Below are positions 1 through 7,882 of a DNA stretch of 64,000 bases, piece after piece. Within the stretch, counting starts at the first letter, position 1. Every line of letters starts with the position of its first letter. Origin of the DNA: a virus; IMG/VR virus record IMGVR_UViG_3300044940_000489, positions 32,001 to 96,000 of that record; one strand, given 5' to 3'. Position numbers and translations under genes: made by a program. Under the pieces are notes generated by a model, which was given only the letters and a program-made list of their open reading frames with translations, had not been told where the DNA came from and did not search any database.

Positions 1-255
1 ATTAAGAAAAGCCAATATATTAAATGGGCTTGGCATACGGTATTTTTCAGCTCAATGGCAGCGGCTCCCGCCCAATATTAGGTCGCAAATAATGCAGATG
101 AAATGCAAGGTAACTGAGTCGGCCCTGGCAACACTTTATGGGGGGATTAGATTGGGTTATGGGTATCCTAATAAAAATGAAAAACAATAAACATCCCAAA
201 AATAAACGTATTATTTTGTTGCTAATATTATTATTTGTGTTACTATTACAGGTAT

Positions 256-849
256 ATGTTGGAAAAGGCATTTGACATAGAACTAAACGAACTTGAGCTA
301 AAATATCGCGCTGACGATATTAGCCTTACCGACTTCATCAGTCTAATGGAAACTATGGCCCCAGAGCGCAAGCTGGAAGTATCCTCGTGGGACGTATATT
401 ACGCAGGGAACAAATACGGCCTCCCATTTGACTTCATTCGCCATCGCAAGGGAGACGTGCCTGAGCTTACTATAAAAATAAGGAACAGCGAGAAGAACAA
501 CCAAGATAGGTTTGAGCTTGACCTTAAAATTCACAATAGCATGTCCAGTCGTATTGTGGCCAAATTTGCAAATATGATTGGCTTTGAGGAGAACTTTAGG
601 ATATACAAAGATTGCACTATTTACTGGCTACAAAAAGTAGATTTAGTGTATTACATTGTGTATGATAAGGACAAAAAAGAAAAGGCCCGCTTTATTGAGA
701 TAGAGGCCCGAAAAGATGTAACATTCAACAGCCCCGAAGAGGCATGGGGTCTACTTAAAGAAACTGAGGCCAAGCTTGCCGTTCTTGGGATTACGCCACA
801 ATCGCGCATGAAGAAGTCTTTGTGGGATATGTTTAAGAAGGATACATAA
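256..849 (+). CDS. CYTH-domain (triphosphate tunnel metalloenzyme / class IV adenylate cyclase-like) protein
   Basis: ExExK motif (ELELKY), DVYY, IRHRK, LTIK, RFELDL and FIEIE match the CYTH pattern; ATG at 256 preferred over TTG at 235. Confidence 0.75.
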   Translation: MLEKAFDIELNELELKYRADDISLTDFISLMETMAPERKLEVSSWDVYYAGNKYGLPFDFIRHRKGDVPELTIKIRNSEKNNQDRFELDLKIHNSMSSRIVAKFANMIGFEENFRIYKDCTIYWLQKVDLVYYIVYDKDKKEKARFIEIEARKDVTFNSPEEAWGLLKETEAKLAVLGITPQSRMKKSLWDMFKKDT

Positions 850-851
850 AA

Positions 852-1043
852 ATGATGATCGAGCTGATAGGGTACTTTTTTGCTGGGGTTGCTGCTACTA
901 TAATGTTGTCATTATTTATGCTTTTTATTATGGCAGTCCGGGCTGCGGGTGAATTGTTTAAAATCGCGGTTTATGGTGTTATTTTAGTATTTATGATAAC
1001 TACTTTGGGGCATTCTGTATTCAAAGCACTGGGGGGATTTTAA
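852..1043 (+). CDS. small membrane protein
   Basis: 63 aa with two hydrophobic segments; stop overlaps the start of the next gene. Confidence 0.6.
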   Translation: MMIELIGYFFAGVAATIMLSLFMLFIMAVRAAGELFKIAVYGVILVFMITTLGHSVFKALGGF

Positions 1044-1690
1044 TGGCGGCGACTCTTGTGGATATTGAGGGGCTAGATGGATCTGGCAAAACTACTGCGA
1101 TCAAAACCTTGTGTTCTGCATTGCTAGAGATGGGCTTTAGGGTACTTGAGACTCGTGAAGTTGGATCGCAACATGTTCCTTTTGCTTCCAAGCTGAGAGA
1201 AATAGTTTTGGACCCAGCCAATAAGCTGGATGGAACTACAATGGAGCTTTTGTTTGCGGCAATGCGCATTGAAAGCCAAAAAGAGTACCGTAGAGTTTCC
1301 GAGGATTATGATTTTATTGTGTCAGACAGGGGATACTTGTCTCACCTGGCATATACGGATCATAACGTAAACGAAGATTTTACAAAAGATTTTTATCTAA
1401 CTCTACTAAACAAGTACCTGCCTGCAAAGCCGGATCACGTTTTATATTTATCAGTAGATCCGGAAGTAGCCCTTAGGCGCCGCATGAGACGAGGAGAAGT
1501 GCCGGATGCGATTGAGATTAAGGGCGTCCAATTCCAAACGATGGTTGGGAAAAGTTTTAAAAAGTACTTACGTCAGGAAATGGGAAATATTGATGTATCA
1601 ATTATTGATGCGAATAAAACGGCGGAAGAAGTTCGCTCAATGATTTTAGAATATGCCAGCTTTTTAGCTCGCGGGAAGGCAATGTCATGA
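1043..1690 (+). CDS. tmk: thymidylate kinase
   Basis: IEGLDGSGKTT P-loop, TREVG, ELLFAAMR, SDRG..S..AY and PDHVLYL motifs. Confidence 0.92.
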   Translation: MAATLVDIEGLDGSGKTTAIKTLCSALLEMGFRVLETREVGSQHVPFASKLREIVLDPANKLDGTTMELLFAAMRIESQKEYRRVSEDYDFIVSDRGYLSHLAYTDHNVNEDFTKDFYLTLLNKYLPAKPDHVLYLSVDPEVALRRRMRRGEVPDAIEIKGVQFQTMVGKSFKKYLRQEMGNIDVSIIDANKTAEEVRSMILEYASFLARGKAMS

Positions 1691-2433
1691 TTTTAAATTT
1701 TTTAGTAAATGCGCTTAAGCTTGTTTCGCGCCCAATCTCGCTGTTTCTCGCAGTAACAGCTTTGACCATGGCTATCGCGGCGTCAATTCAAGTTGTATTA
1801 TGGATAAACCAAACATTTTTTTCTGTTAGCGATCTGCAATACCGCGACAATCTACCGGCTTTTGAGTCATCAGACGCACAAGGTCCTCAAGCGGGGCGCG
1901 AAGCGCTGATTAGGCTTACGAACTCCAAAGGTCAGCACATTTGCTCCGCTTTCGTAGTCAGCAACAGATATGCCATTACAGCTGCACATTGCTTAGACGA
2001 AGCGAGTGGGATCTTGACTAGAAAAAAGTTTAAGGTTTTTGATATCGAAAGAAAAGATACAGGAATTGAGGTAGAGGCGGTCGGTCTCGTTAATAGAATG
2101 GATATGGGTTTGGTAATGGGAGACTTCTCTGGCTTTAAAAAGCTCTCTCTTGATAGCCCCCCTAAGGGCTTTTTAGGGCGAGAAAGCTCCGTCTTTGCTG
2201 CATGCGGATTTCCTATGGGCGACAAAGAGCTATGCATACCTCAATTAGTAGGTCCAAATATTTATTTCATGGTGCAAGTTGATAGGCCAGTATACCCAGG
2301 AATGAGTGGCGGGCCCGTAATTGACTTGAAAGATGGAACTGTAGTCGGAATTATAAGCAGCACGGAAAGGGGCGGGTCATTAATGGCTCCGATTGTGTCC
2401 ATCTGGAGCGCTTTTGGAATTGAACAAAAATAA
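1687..2433 (+). CDS. membrane-anchored trypsin-like (S1) serine protease
   Basis: TAAHC (His), DMGL (Asp) and GMSGGP (Ser) triad motifs; N-terminal hydrophobic helix. Confidence 0.85.
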   Translation: MILNFLVNALKLVSRPISLFLAVTALTMAIAASIQVVLWINQTFFSVSDLQYRDNLPAFESSDAQGPQAGREALIRLTNSKGQHICSAFVVSNRYAITAAHCLDEASGILTRKKFKVFDIERKDTGIEVEAVGLVNRMDMGLVMGDFSGFKKLSLDSPPKGFLGRESSVFAACGFPMGDKELCIPQLVGPNIYFMVQVDRPVYPGMSGGPVIDLKDGTVVGIISSTERGGSLMAPIVSIWSAFGIEQK

Positions 2434-2450
2434 AAATAGGAGGAGATAAA

Positions 2451-2816
2451 ATGAAGAGAGTAAAATTTTCGACTAACACTGAGACAGGCATTAAGTATAC
2501 AAAAACGGTGGACTCATCAAGCGGTCCGGTCTATGCGGAATACAACCCATCTACAAATTTAGTTAGAGTTGTATCGGCAGCTAGCGGAAGCACAGTATTT
2601 GCTCCGGGTACTGATGTGGGCCTGGCGCTTCAGATTATTGAAGGCGGGGGACAGACTCCATCTGTTGTCGCTCGTGCGCTACTTGTTAAGGCTGGGGTTT
2701 CATTTGACCGCGAAACTAGAATTCGTAGATCAGTTGATAATTTTGGAGCAAGTGCAGTATTGCCAGGCACGGCGGCCTCACTAGTTACAGGGAGCCTGCT
2801 GGAAACCTTGGATTAA
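2451..2816 (+). CDS. hypothetical protein
   Basis: 121 aa ORF with strong AGGAGG RBS, followed by a terminator. Confidence 0.7.
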   Translation: MKRVKFSTNTETGIKYTKTVDSSSGPVYAEYNPSTNLVRVVSAASGSTVFAPGTDVGLALQIIEGGGQTPSVVARALLVKAGVSFDRETRIRRSVDNFGASAVLPGTAASLVTGSLLETLD

Positions 2817-2836
2817 AATTGTTGCTTGGTAGATTT

Positions 2837-2866
2837 AAAAGCGGCTCTCTAAGGGGTGCCGCTTTT
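2837..2866 (+). terminator. intrinsic terminator
   Basis: AAAAGCGGC-N12-GCCGCTTTT hairpin after ORF 2451-2816. Confidence 0.7.
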
Positions 2867-2882
2867 GAATTTAATGGGACAC

Positions 2883-3119
2883 ATGAAAAAACGTATTATT
2901 ATTGATTCCTTCTATCTTTCAAGCGATGAGGGGCTTGAGCGCGGCCAGCAAATTACTGGTTTACCGAAATCAGAGCTGATTGAGCTGGTTGGCATATTTG
3001 GACGCCAAAGCTCTCGAGCTGGATTAGTGCGCGGTGAAATCGTAGTGTACGATGACGGCAGTGGTGTTCTGAGGCATCACTTTAATAAGAAGACAATACT
3101 TAAGTTTAATCATGAATAG
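2883..3119 (+). CDS. hypothetical protein
   Basis: ORF in a + strand gene run; start chosen downstream of the terminator hairpin. Confidence 0.55.
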   Translation: MKKRIIIDSFYLSSDEGLERGQQITGLPKSELIELVGIFGRQSSRAGLVRGEIVVYDDGSGVLRHHFNKKTILKFNHE

Positions 3120-3282
3120 CCGAAGAAGAATAGACCACTTCAATACTTGTCTGACGATTCTTAGTGAGGGGGAGAATTTTAATCATTTAGTGCGCAACAC
3201 AAACTTCACAACAGTATCCTCAAGGGAGCACAATCTAGCGATCCCGATTGACTTTTAAACCTATGTCGGGTTAGAATTTATT

Positions 3283-3567
3283 ATAAGGTCAAAAGAAAAC
3301 CCATGACTTTAGTCGTGGGATGAATTTTGAAACAAGGTAATATATAATAAGTTTCTTCAAAGTGATGCATAAAATAGTGACAGAGAACCAAATCACTAAT
3401 TTATGCATTGAAGACAAAAGTCTTCAATATAATGAAGAATGTTGTATTAAAACAGCAACTTGGAGGAGAGGGCAGCCCTCCAAGGATAAATAAAGCCTGT
3501 GGAGCGATCAACGGTAGTTGGAGCTATGAAGCAGGAACCCCATGCCTTTAGTCGTGGGAGCTGTCAG
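3283..3567 (+). mobile_element. non-autonomous IS200/IS605-family derivative (internally deleted tnpB element, PATE/MITE-like)
   Basis: Left-end hairpin TCAAAAGAAAACCCATGACTTTAGTCGTGGGATGAATTTTGA, a tnpB remnant encoding HKIVTENQITNLCIED, and a 110-nt right end ending GGGAGCTGTCAG; left boundary approximate. Confidence 0.8.
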
Positions 3568-3587
3568 AAAGCTATACGTGATTAAAT
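3458..3587 (+). ncRNA. TnpB omega-RNA (reRNA) copy 2; scaffold 3458-3567, putative guide AAAGCTATACGTGATTAAAT
   Basis: 107/110 nt identical to the reverse complement of 4371-4480 (tnpB 3' end plus right end); 5' boundary unknown. Confidence 0.65.
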
Positions 3588-3825
3588 GGATAGAAGCAGA
3601 GGCCAACGCGTGAAGACCGGATATCTTGTTGTATATTTGGACCAAGAGTTCGACGAGGCGCTATTGGCTGGGCAAATTTACCCAACGCGACAAACCGCAA
3701 TAGATTTTCTTCAGAGGCGGGCCAACCTGCTAAACTCTATGCAGCACGCCGAGATATATTGCATTGTATTAGAGGACAAAACTGACGCTAAAATAATGCC
3801 AATTACAAAAAGGAGCCACAATTGA
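3586..3825 (+). CDS. hypothetical protein
   Basis: 79 aa ORF overlapping the next gene. Confidence 0.6.
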   Translation: MDRSRGQRVKTGYLVVYLDQEFDEALLAGQIYPTRQTAIDFLQRRANLLNSMQHAEIYCIVLEDKTDAKIMPITKRSHN

Positions 3826-4061
3826 GCTACAAGTTAATGTGCGATTGCAAAAAAGCATTTGCCGCTGCAGGAAACCTATCGGGCGACAAGTACAGAAGAA
3901 CGACTATGGTCGTAACTAAGAGCAAGGATGGCGAGACTTGCGATTATTGCGGGTACTATGTTTTTAAAGACTACGGGAATCCAAGAGAGACGATTATTAG
4001 GCCGCTAGACTTCAAAAGAAAAAAAGCCGCCATAACTGACTGGCACCGACAAGACGAATAG
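3822..4061 (+). CDS. small putative zinc-binding protein
   Basis: CDC...CDYC cysteine pairs; 4-nt overlap with the upstream ORF. Confidence 0.55.
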   Translation: MSYKLMCDCKKAFAAAGNLSGDKYRRTTMVVTKSKDGETCDYCGYYVFKDYGNPRETIIRPLDFKRKKAAITDWHRQDE

Positions 4062-4122
4062 AAGGCATAGTGAGATTAGAAATCATCAAAAACTTTTGTG
4101 ACGCATACAGCGATTAAGTATC

Positions 4123-4374
4123 ATGAATAAACGTAAGCAGATAAGGGATATCCTAAATCTCACTGAGGTACGTACTAGTTACGGAGAATCTCTTTTTGCA
4201 AGCTCCGGCTTTTCTAAAAATACAAACGCCACTAAACTTAAGAGATATGTCATATACGGTAACACGAAAGTCAGTAAATCTATTTTAGAATATATTCAAT
4301 TTGAAGTACTGCCATATCCAGTGCAGCGCTGCATAGATTTAATATATCAAACAATACAAGAGTATGACGACTGA
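4123..4374 (+). CDS. hypothetical protein, distant relative of the 36037-37091 mini-gene family
   Basis: Starts MNKRKQIRD and ends LIYQTIQEYDD; upstream DNA ATTAAGTATCATGAATAAACGTAAG resembles the array junction; the stop codon is supplied by the IS end. Confidence 0.6.
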   Translation: MNKRKQIRDILNLTEVRTSYGESLFASSGFSKNTNATKLKRYVIYGNTKVSKSILEYIQFEVLPYPVQRCIDLIYQTIQEYDD

Positions 4375-4480
4375 CAGCTCCCACGACTAAAGTCATGGGG
4401 TTCCTGCTTCATAGCTCCAACTACCGTTGATCGCTCCACAGGCTTTATTTATGCTTGGAGGGCTGACCTCTCCTCCAAGT
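4351..4480 (-). ncRNA. TnpB omega-RNA (reRNA) copy 1; putative guide TCGTCATACTCTTGTATTGT
   Basis: Overlaps the tnpB 3' end and the right-end hairpin CCCATGACTTTAGTCGTGGG, ending TGTCAG at 4371. Confidence 0.7.
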
Positions 4481-5583
4481 GTTCGCATTAATGCGAAACG
4501 TTTTATATTTTTTGCTGCTAATATATCCCTATCATGGGTAGTACCACATGACGAGCATGTCCAAAACCTGTCTTTCAGGGCTAAACTATCATTCTTAGCT
4601 CCGCAAGTACAGGTTTTTGAACTAGCATCAAACCTACCAATCTGTATGACATTTTTGCCATACCAATCGGCCTTATACTTAACCATACTGACGAATTTTG
4701 ACCAACTAACCGAGCTAATTGACTTGGCTAAACGGCTATTTTTCATCATCCCAGAGATGTTTAAATCTTCAAAGCATAAAGCGGCAATTTGGTTCTCTGT
4801 CACCAATTTATGCGATAATTTATGAAGAAAATCATCTCTCTGGTTGGTTATTTTTTCATATGTTTTTGCTAACTTAATTCTTGCTTTTTCTCTGTTTTGA
4901 GATCCTTTTTGTTTTTTTGATAATTCCTTATGCCTTTTGACAATTTTCTTTTCTGCTTTTTCTAAAAACTTAGGGTTAGGAATTTTTGTACCGTTAGATA
5001 AAACTAAGAAATCTTTAATTCCTAAATCAATACCTAAAGTATTGTTTTCATTGATTTTTTGTTTGTTAGGCAATTCTAAGCCATCTTCAACTAAAATTGA
5101 AATATAGCATTTATTAGTTTTTGATTTAGAAACTGTACAGGTTTTAATGGCGCCTTGAAACTTGCGATCTTTAGCAAACTTAACATATTTCAATTTTGGG
5201 ATGAATACTTGGTACTCTTCAAAATCTACTTTAACTCCTTGTGGAAAATGACAAGATGCCTTACTTCTTCTCTTTGCCTTAAACTTTGGGGAGTCTGAAT
5301 TTTTTCTAAAAAAGTTAATAAATGCTTTATCTAGATTTTTTAAAGATGCTTGCAAACTTTGCGAATAAACATCATTTAACCATCCAAATTCTTCTTGTTT
5401 TTTAAGTTTTGTTAATTTTTTAATTAAATCAAAACAAGATAGATTTGTTTTATCTTGTTGATATTGTTTAGTTTTTTGTTCTAGCCCCCAATTATAAATA
5501 AAACGTGCAGCCCCAAAAAACTGCTCTAGTTTTTTGGCTTGCTCTACAGTTGGGTATATTCTATATTTATAAGATCTAATCAT
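4393..5583 (-). CDS. tnpB: RNA-guided endonuclease TnpB
   Basis: N-terminal YKYRIYPT HTH, RuvC-I GIDLG, RuvC-II FEDL, zinc finger CTCG...CSSC, RuvC-III DRDILAAKNI; D-E-D triad intact. Confidence 0.95.
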   Translation of the reverse strand: MIRSYKYRIYPTVEQAKKLEQFFGAARFIYNWGLEQKTKQYQQDKTNLSCFDLIKKLTKLKKQEEFGWLNDVYSQSLQASLKNLDKAFINFFRKNSDSPKFKAKRRSKASCHFPQGVKVDFEEYQVFIPKLKYVKFAKDRKFQGAIKTCTVSKSKTNKCYISILVEDGLELPNKQKINENNTLGIDLGIKDFLVLSNGTKIPNPKFLEKAEKKIVKRHKELSKKQKGSQNREKARIKLAKTYEKITNQRDDFLHKLSHKLVTENQIAALCFEDLNISGMMKNSRLAKSISSVSWSKFVSMVKYKADWYGKNVIQIGRFDASSKTCTCGAKNDSLALKDRFWTCSSCGTTHDRDILAAKNIKRFALMRTLGGEVSPPSINKACGAINGSWSYEAGTP

Positions 5584-5645
5584 ATATATTATGCTGCACC
5601 AAACTTATTAACACCACTATTATATCATTTGGTATTTTCATAAAA

Positions 5646-5670
5646 ATTAGGTTTTTAAGCTAAGTGCTTG
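5646..5670 (-). promoter_or_regulatory. putative phage late promoter upstream of tnpB
   Basis: CAAGCAC-TTA-N7-AACCTAAT on the minus strand; matches the 8-copy motif. Confidence 0.55.
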
Positions 5671-5754
5671 TTTTTATTAAGATTTTATATGGTTATTTAT
5701 TGTACTATTTATTTTTTAGGGCCTGTAATTTGCATTAAATTTAGGTATTATTTA

Positions 5755-5793
5755 CTGACAGCTCCCATGCCTTTAGGCGTGGGAGCATGTCAG
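5755..5793. repeat. IS200/IS605 end palindrome
   Basis: CTGACAGCTCCCATGCCTTTAGGCGTGGGAGCATGTCAG, a near-perfect inverted repeat with a right-end-like TGTCAG on both strands. Confidence 0.8.
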
Positions 5794-5813
5794 TCAAAAA
5801 ATGGCATTCAATT

Positions 5814-7298
5814 CTAGGTTAGTGCCAAAGACCAACGCTTCTTGCCGCAATTCCATATTCTAAAATAGCCCTGCTCTAGCCTTAGCTGATGCTCAGTCTT
5901 TCCTGTTGTACGCTCTTGAGCCGTCTTTTTAAGAGATTGCTTGGAGTATCTATTGGGCCCCTTAATGTAGCTATAATCTGGCTTCATGTCTTCTTCCATA
6001 GTGAAGCCGCAAGCCTCGTAGACAGCGCCGTCGCTTATAGAGTTATCGGACCAAGTTATAATGGTCTTGTAGCGCATACGGATCAGACTTGGCACCGAAT
6101 GAGAGATTAATTTCTTGGCACCGCCAACAATACTTATTCCTGATTTAAAGCAGAGGCGATTCAGTACTATTTGGCCCGATCCTGATCCCCTGTGGTGTTT
6201 GCCGTAGGTGACTACGCCGACAATCTCTTCTTTATGTAATAGACCTACGGCATATTGAATTGAATTCGGGGCACCCTGAATATGATACTTGTTGAGAAAG
6301 GCTTTGGCCTCCGGAGCCACTATCTCGCGTGCATCACAATCTCTTGCGTATATTTTTTTATTTATTCCTAGCTTAGAAGACAAGTAGCCCTTTACTTGGT
6401 CTTTTCTGTCTCGCCACTGGTCTTCAAAAATGTGTATAACCTGCTTAATACCATTAGCCTTAGCTAGCTTGTTCTTATTAATGTGATAGTTTGGCCCCTT
6501 TCCCGTAGCTTCCGAATGCCAGTAAAGGCCGTTATACTCGATTCCGATATTGAGATCCGGAATATAAATATCAATTTCTAATTCGCGACCAAACTTTTTG
6601 CGATTTAGTGCATTAATGCCCAAAGAGCGTACCCATTCAAATAGCTCTACCTCACACTCTGATGTGCCAGTCATGTATCCAATGTTTGCGGCGCTAAATG
6701 CCTGGTCCACCATTCCAAGATCTGAAAGATATTTGGCTGCTCCGGAATATTTTTTATTAAACTCATTTCGAGTCTTGCACTCGGCCATCTTGTCTACACA
6801 GACATCGAACGTCCATTTTTTGTTGACAGGCTTGCGCGGAGCTTTCGGGATAATCGCTTGAACTTCAGACAGCATGCCAGCTTTTGAGGCGTACATATAC
6901 GCTTGCCTGTATGTTTGCCTAAAGGCTGTATAGCTCTCACATTGCCTAGCAATATCTAATACAGATTCTTTGGTCCACTTTTTATTGTGTGGTATTTTAG
7001 GGCTGGAGCGGAAGACCGATTTTAATTCTTTTAAATATCCGTTCGCAACAGCATGCTTGTAGGCGCCTGAGTATTTCTGTATAAAATCTGATATATTGGC
7101 GGACTCTTCTGTCTTGGATAGTACTAGGTCTTTTGTCCAATTAGTGACCGCCTGATCCATATGCTGGCACACTTGATTGAGCCACCCATTTCTATGCGCA
7201 GCGGCATAGTATGGCCGAGCACGCTTTTCAAACTCTTTGCGAAAAGAATATTTCTTGGCTTCGATTGCGATAGATTCAAGTGTATATTTTTTAGTCAC
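5814..7298 (-). CDS. Hef-like homing endonuclease (N-terminal KKWT helical repeats, Vsr/PD-(D/E)xK domain, C-terminal GNAT/Mom-like domain)
   Basis: EIDIYIP..IGIEYNGLYWHSE, IFEDQW, IYARDC, HIQG, LNRLC, WSDNS..G.VY..CGF and RIWNCG motifs; paralog of 37309-38907. Confidence 0.75.
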   Translation of the reverse strand: MTKKYTLESIAIEAKKYSFRKEFEKRARPYYAAAHRNGWLNQVCQHMDQAVTNWTKDLVLSKTEESANISDFIQKYSGAYKHAVANGYLKELKSVFRSSPKIPHNKKWTKESVLDIARQCESYTAFRQTYRQAYMYASKAGMLSEVQAIIPKAPRKPVNKKWTFDVCVDKMAECKTRNEFNKKYSGAAKYLSDLGMVDQAFSAANIGYMTGTSECEVELFEWVRSLGINALNRKKFGRELEIDIYIPDLNIGIEYNGLYWHSEATGKGPNYHINKNKLAKANGIKQVIHIFEDQWRDRKDQVKGYLSSKLGINKKIYARDCDAREIVAPEAKAFLNKYHIQGAPNSIQYAVGLLHKEEIVGVVTYGKHHRGSGSGQIVLNRLCFKSGISIVGGAKKLISHSVPSLIRMRYKTIITWSDNSISDGAVYEACGFTMEEDMKPDYSYIKGPNRYSKQSLKKTAQERTTGKTEHQLRLEQGYFRIWNCGKKRWSLALT

Positions 7299-7334
7299 AC
7301 TAATATTGTATTATATAATATTTAATTGAGCAAC

Positions 7335-7365
7335 AAAAAAGGCAGCCCAGAGGCTGCCTGTTTTT
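7335..7365 (-). terminator. intrinsic terminator after the tail tube gene
   Basis: AGGCAGCC-CAGA-GGCTGCCT stem with A/T runs on both sides. Confidence 0.8.
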
Positions 7366-7389
7366 GTGTTTATCATGTATTTAGAATAA

Positions 7390-7857
7390 TTATGTTCCGC
7401 TGTTCAGATCTGAAGCTCCAGAAGACTCGCCCTGAGATCCTGATTCATCCTCGCTTCGGAGTCCTAGGAACGAAACTTGGAAGGCGGATATTGACCGAGC
7501 GCTTACGTCAGTTGAGTAGCCTACTGGGCGCACACCAACTACAGTCATGATCTGCTTATTGGTTTGACGATCCAAGATCGACAAGCTGATATCTTCATGA
7601 TTCAACAAGTCTTGTAGCTTAGGCAAGGCGGCTGCTACATATGCCCCGTTATCTATGATACGGAATCCAGTAGCCTGGACACTGATGGCTTCTTGGCCTG
7701 CATAAGTAATCTCTGCAGGTGAGAACCGGCCAAGGATGTAGCTTGGGATTGCATCGTAGGCAACGCCCCAGCTGCAGCTTGTGAAGAGGCCCACAATTTT
7801 ACCATTAACGATTAGCTGGGCTCTTGCACCACTAAGAATTTTTTGAGTAGCACCCAT
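7390..7857 (-). CDS. tail tube protein
   Basis: 155 aa directly downstream of the sheath; SGARAQLIVNGKIVG...ILGRFSPAEI resembles myovirus tube proteins. Confidence 0.75.
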   Translation of the reverse strand: MGATQKILSGARAQLIVNGKIVGLFTSCSWGVAYDAIPSYILGRFSPAEITYAGQEAISVQATGFRIIDNGAYVAAALPKLQDLLNHEDISLSILDRQTNKQIMTVVGVRPVGYSTDVSARSISAFQVSFLGLRSEDESGSQGESSGASDLNSGT

Positions 7858-7882
7858 TGTAATGACTCCTTATCAATCTCTA

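Larger units (their letters stand above)
4371..5793 (-). mobile_element. IS200/IS605-family (IS1341-type, tnpB-only) element
   Basis: tnpB flanked by subterminal hairpins at about 4380-4400 and 5755-5793; AT-rich; no tnpA in the window. Confidence 0.75.

Noticed and set aside
47-271. Minus-strand 74-aa ORF at the window start
   Set aside because: Overlaps the AT-rich probable promoter region and start of the CYTH gene; no RBS or motif
3112-3258. 48-codon ORF (MNSRRRIDH...) upstream of the deleted element
   Set aside because: Short with no recognisable motif; may be real or a remnant, but cannot be supported
4393-5583. Cas12f or catalytically dead TldR
   Set aside because: No CRISPR repeats nearby, IS-type ends are present, and all three RuvC acidic residues are intact
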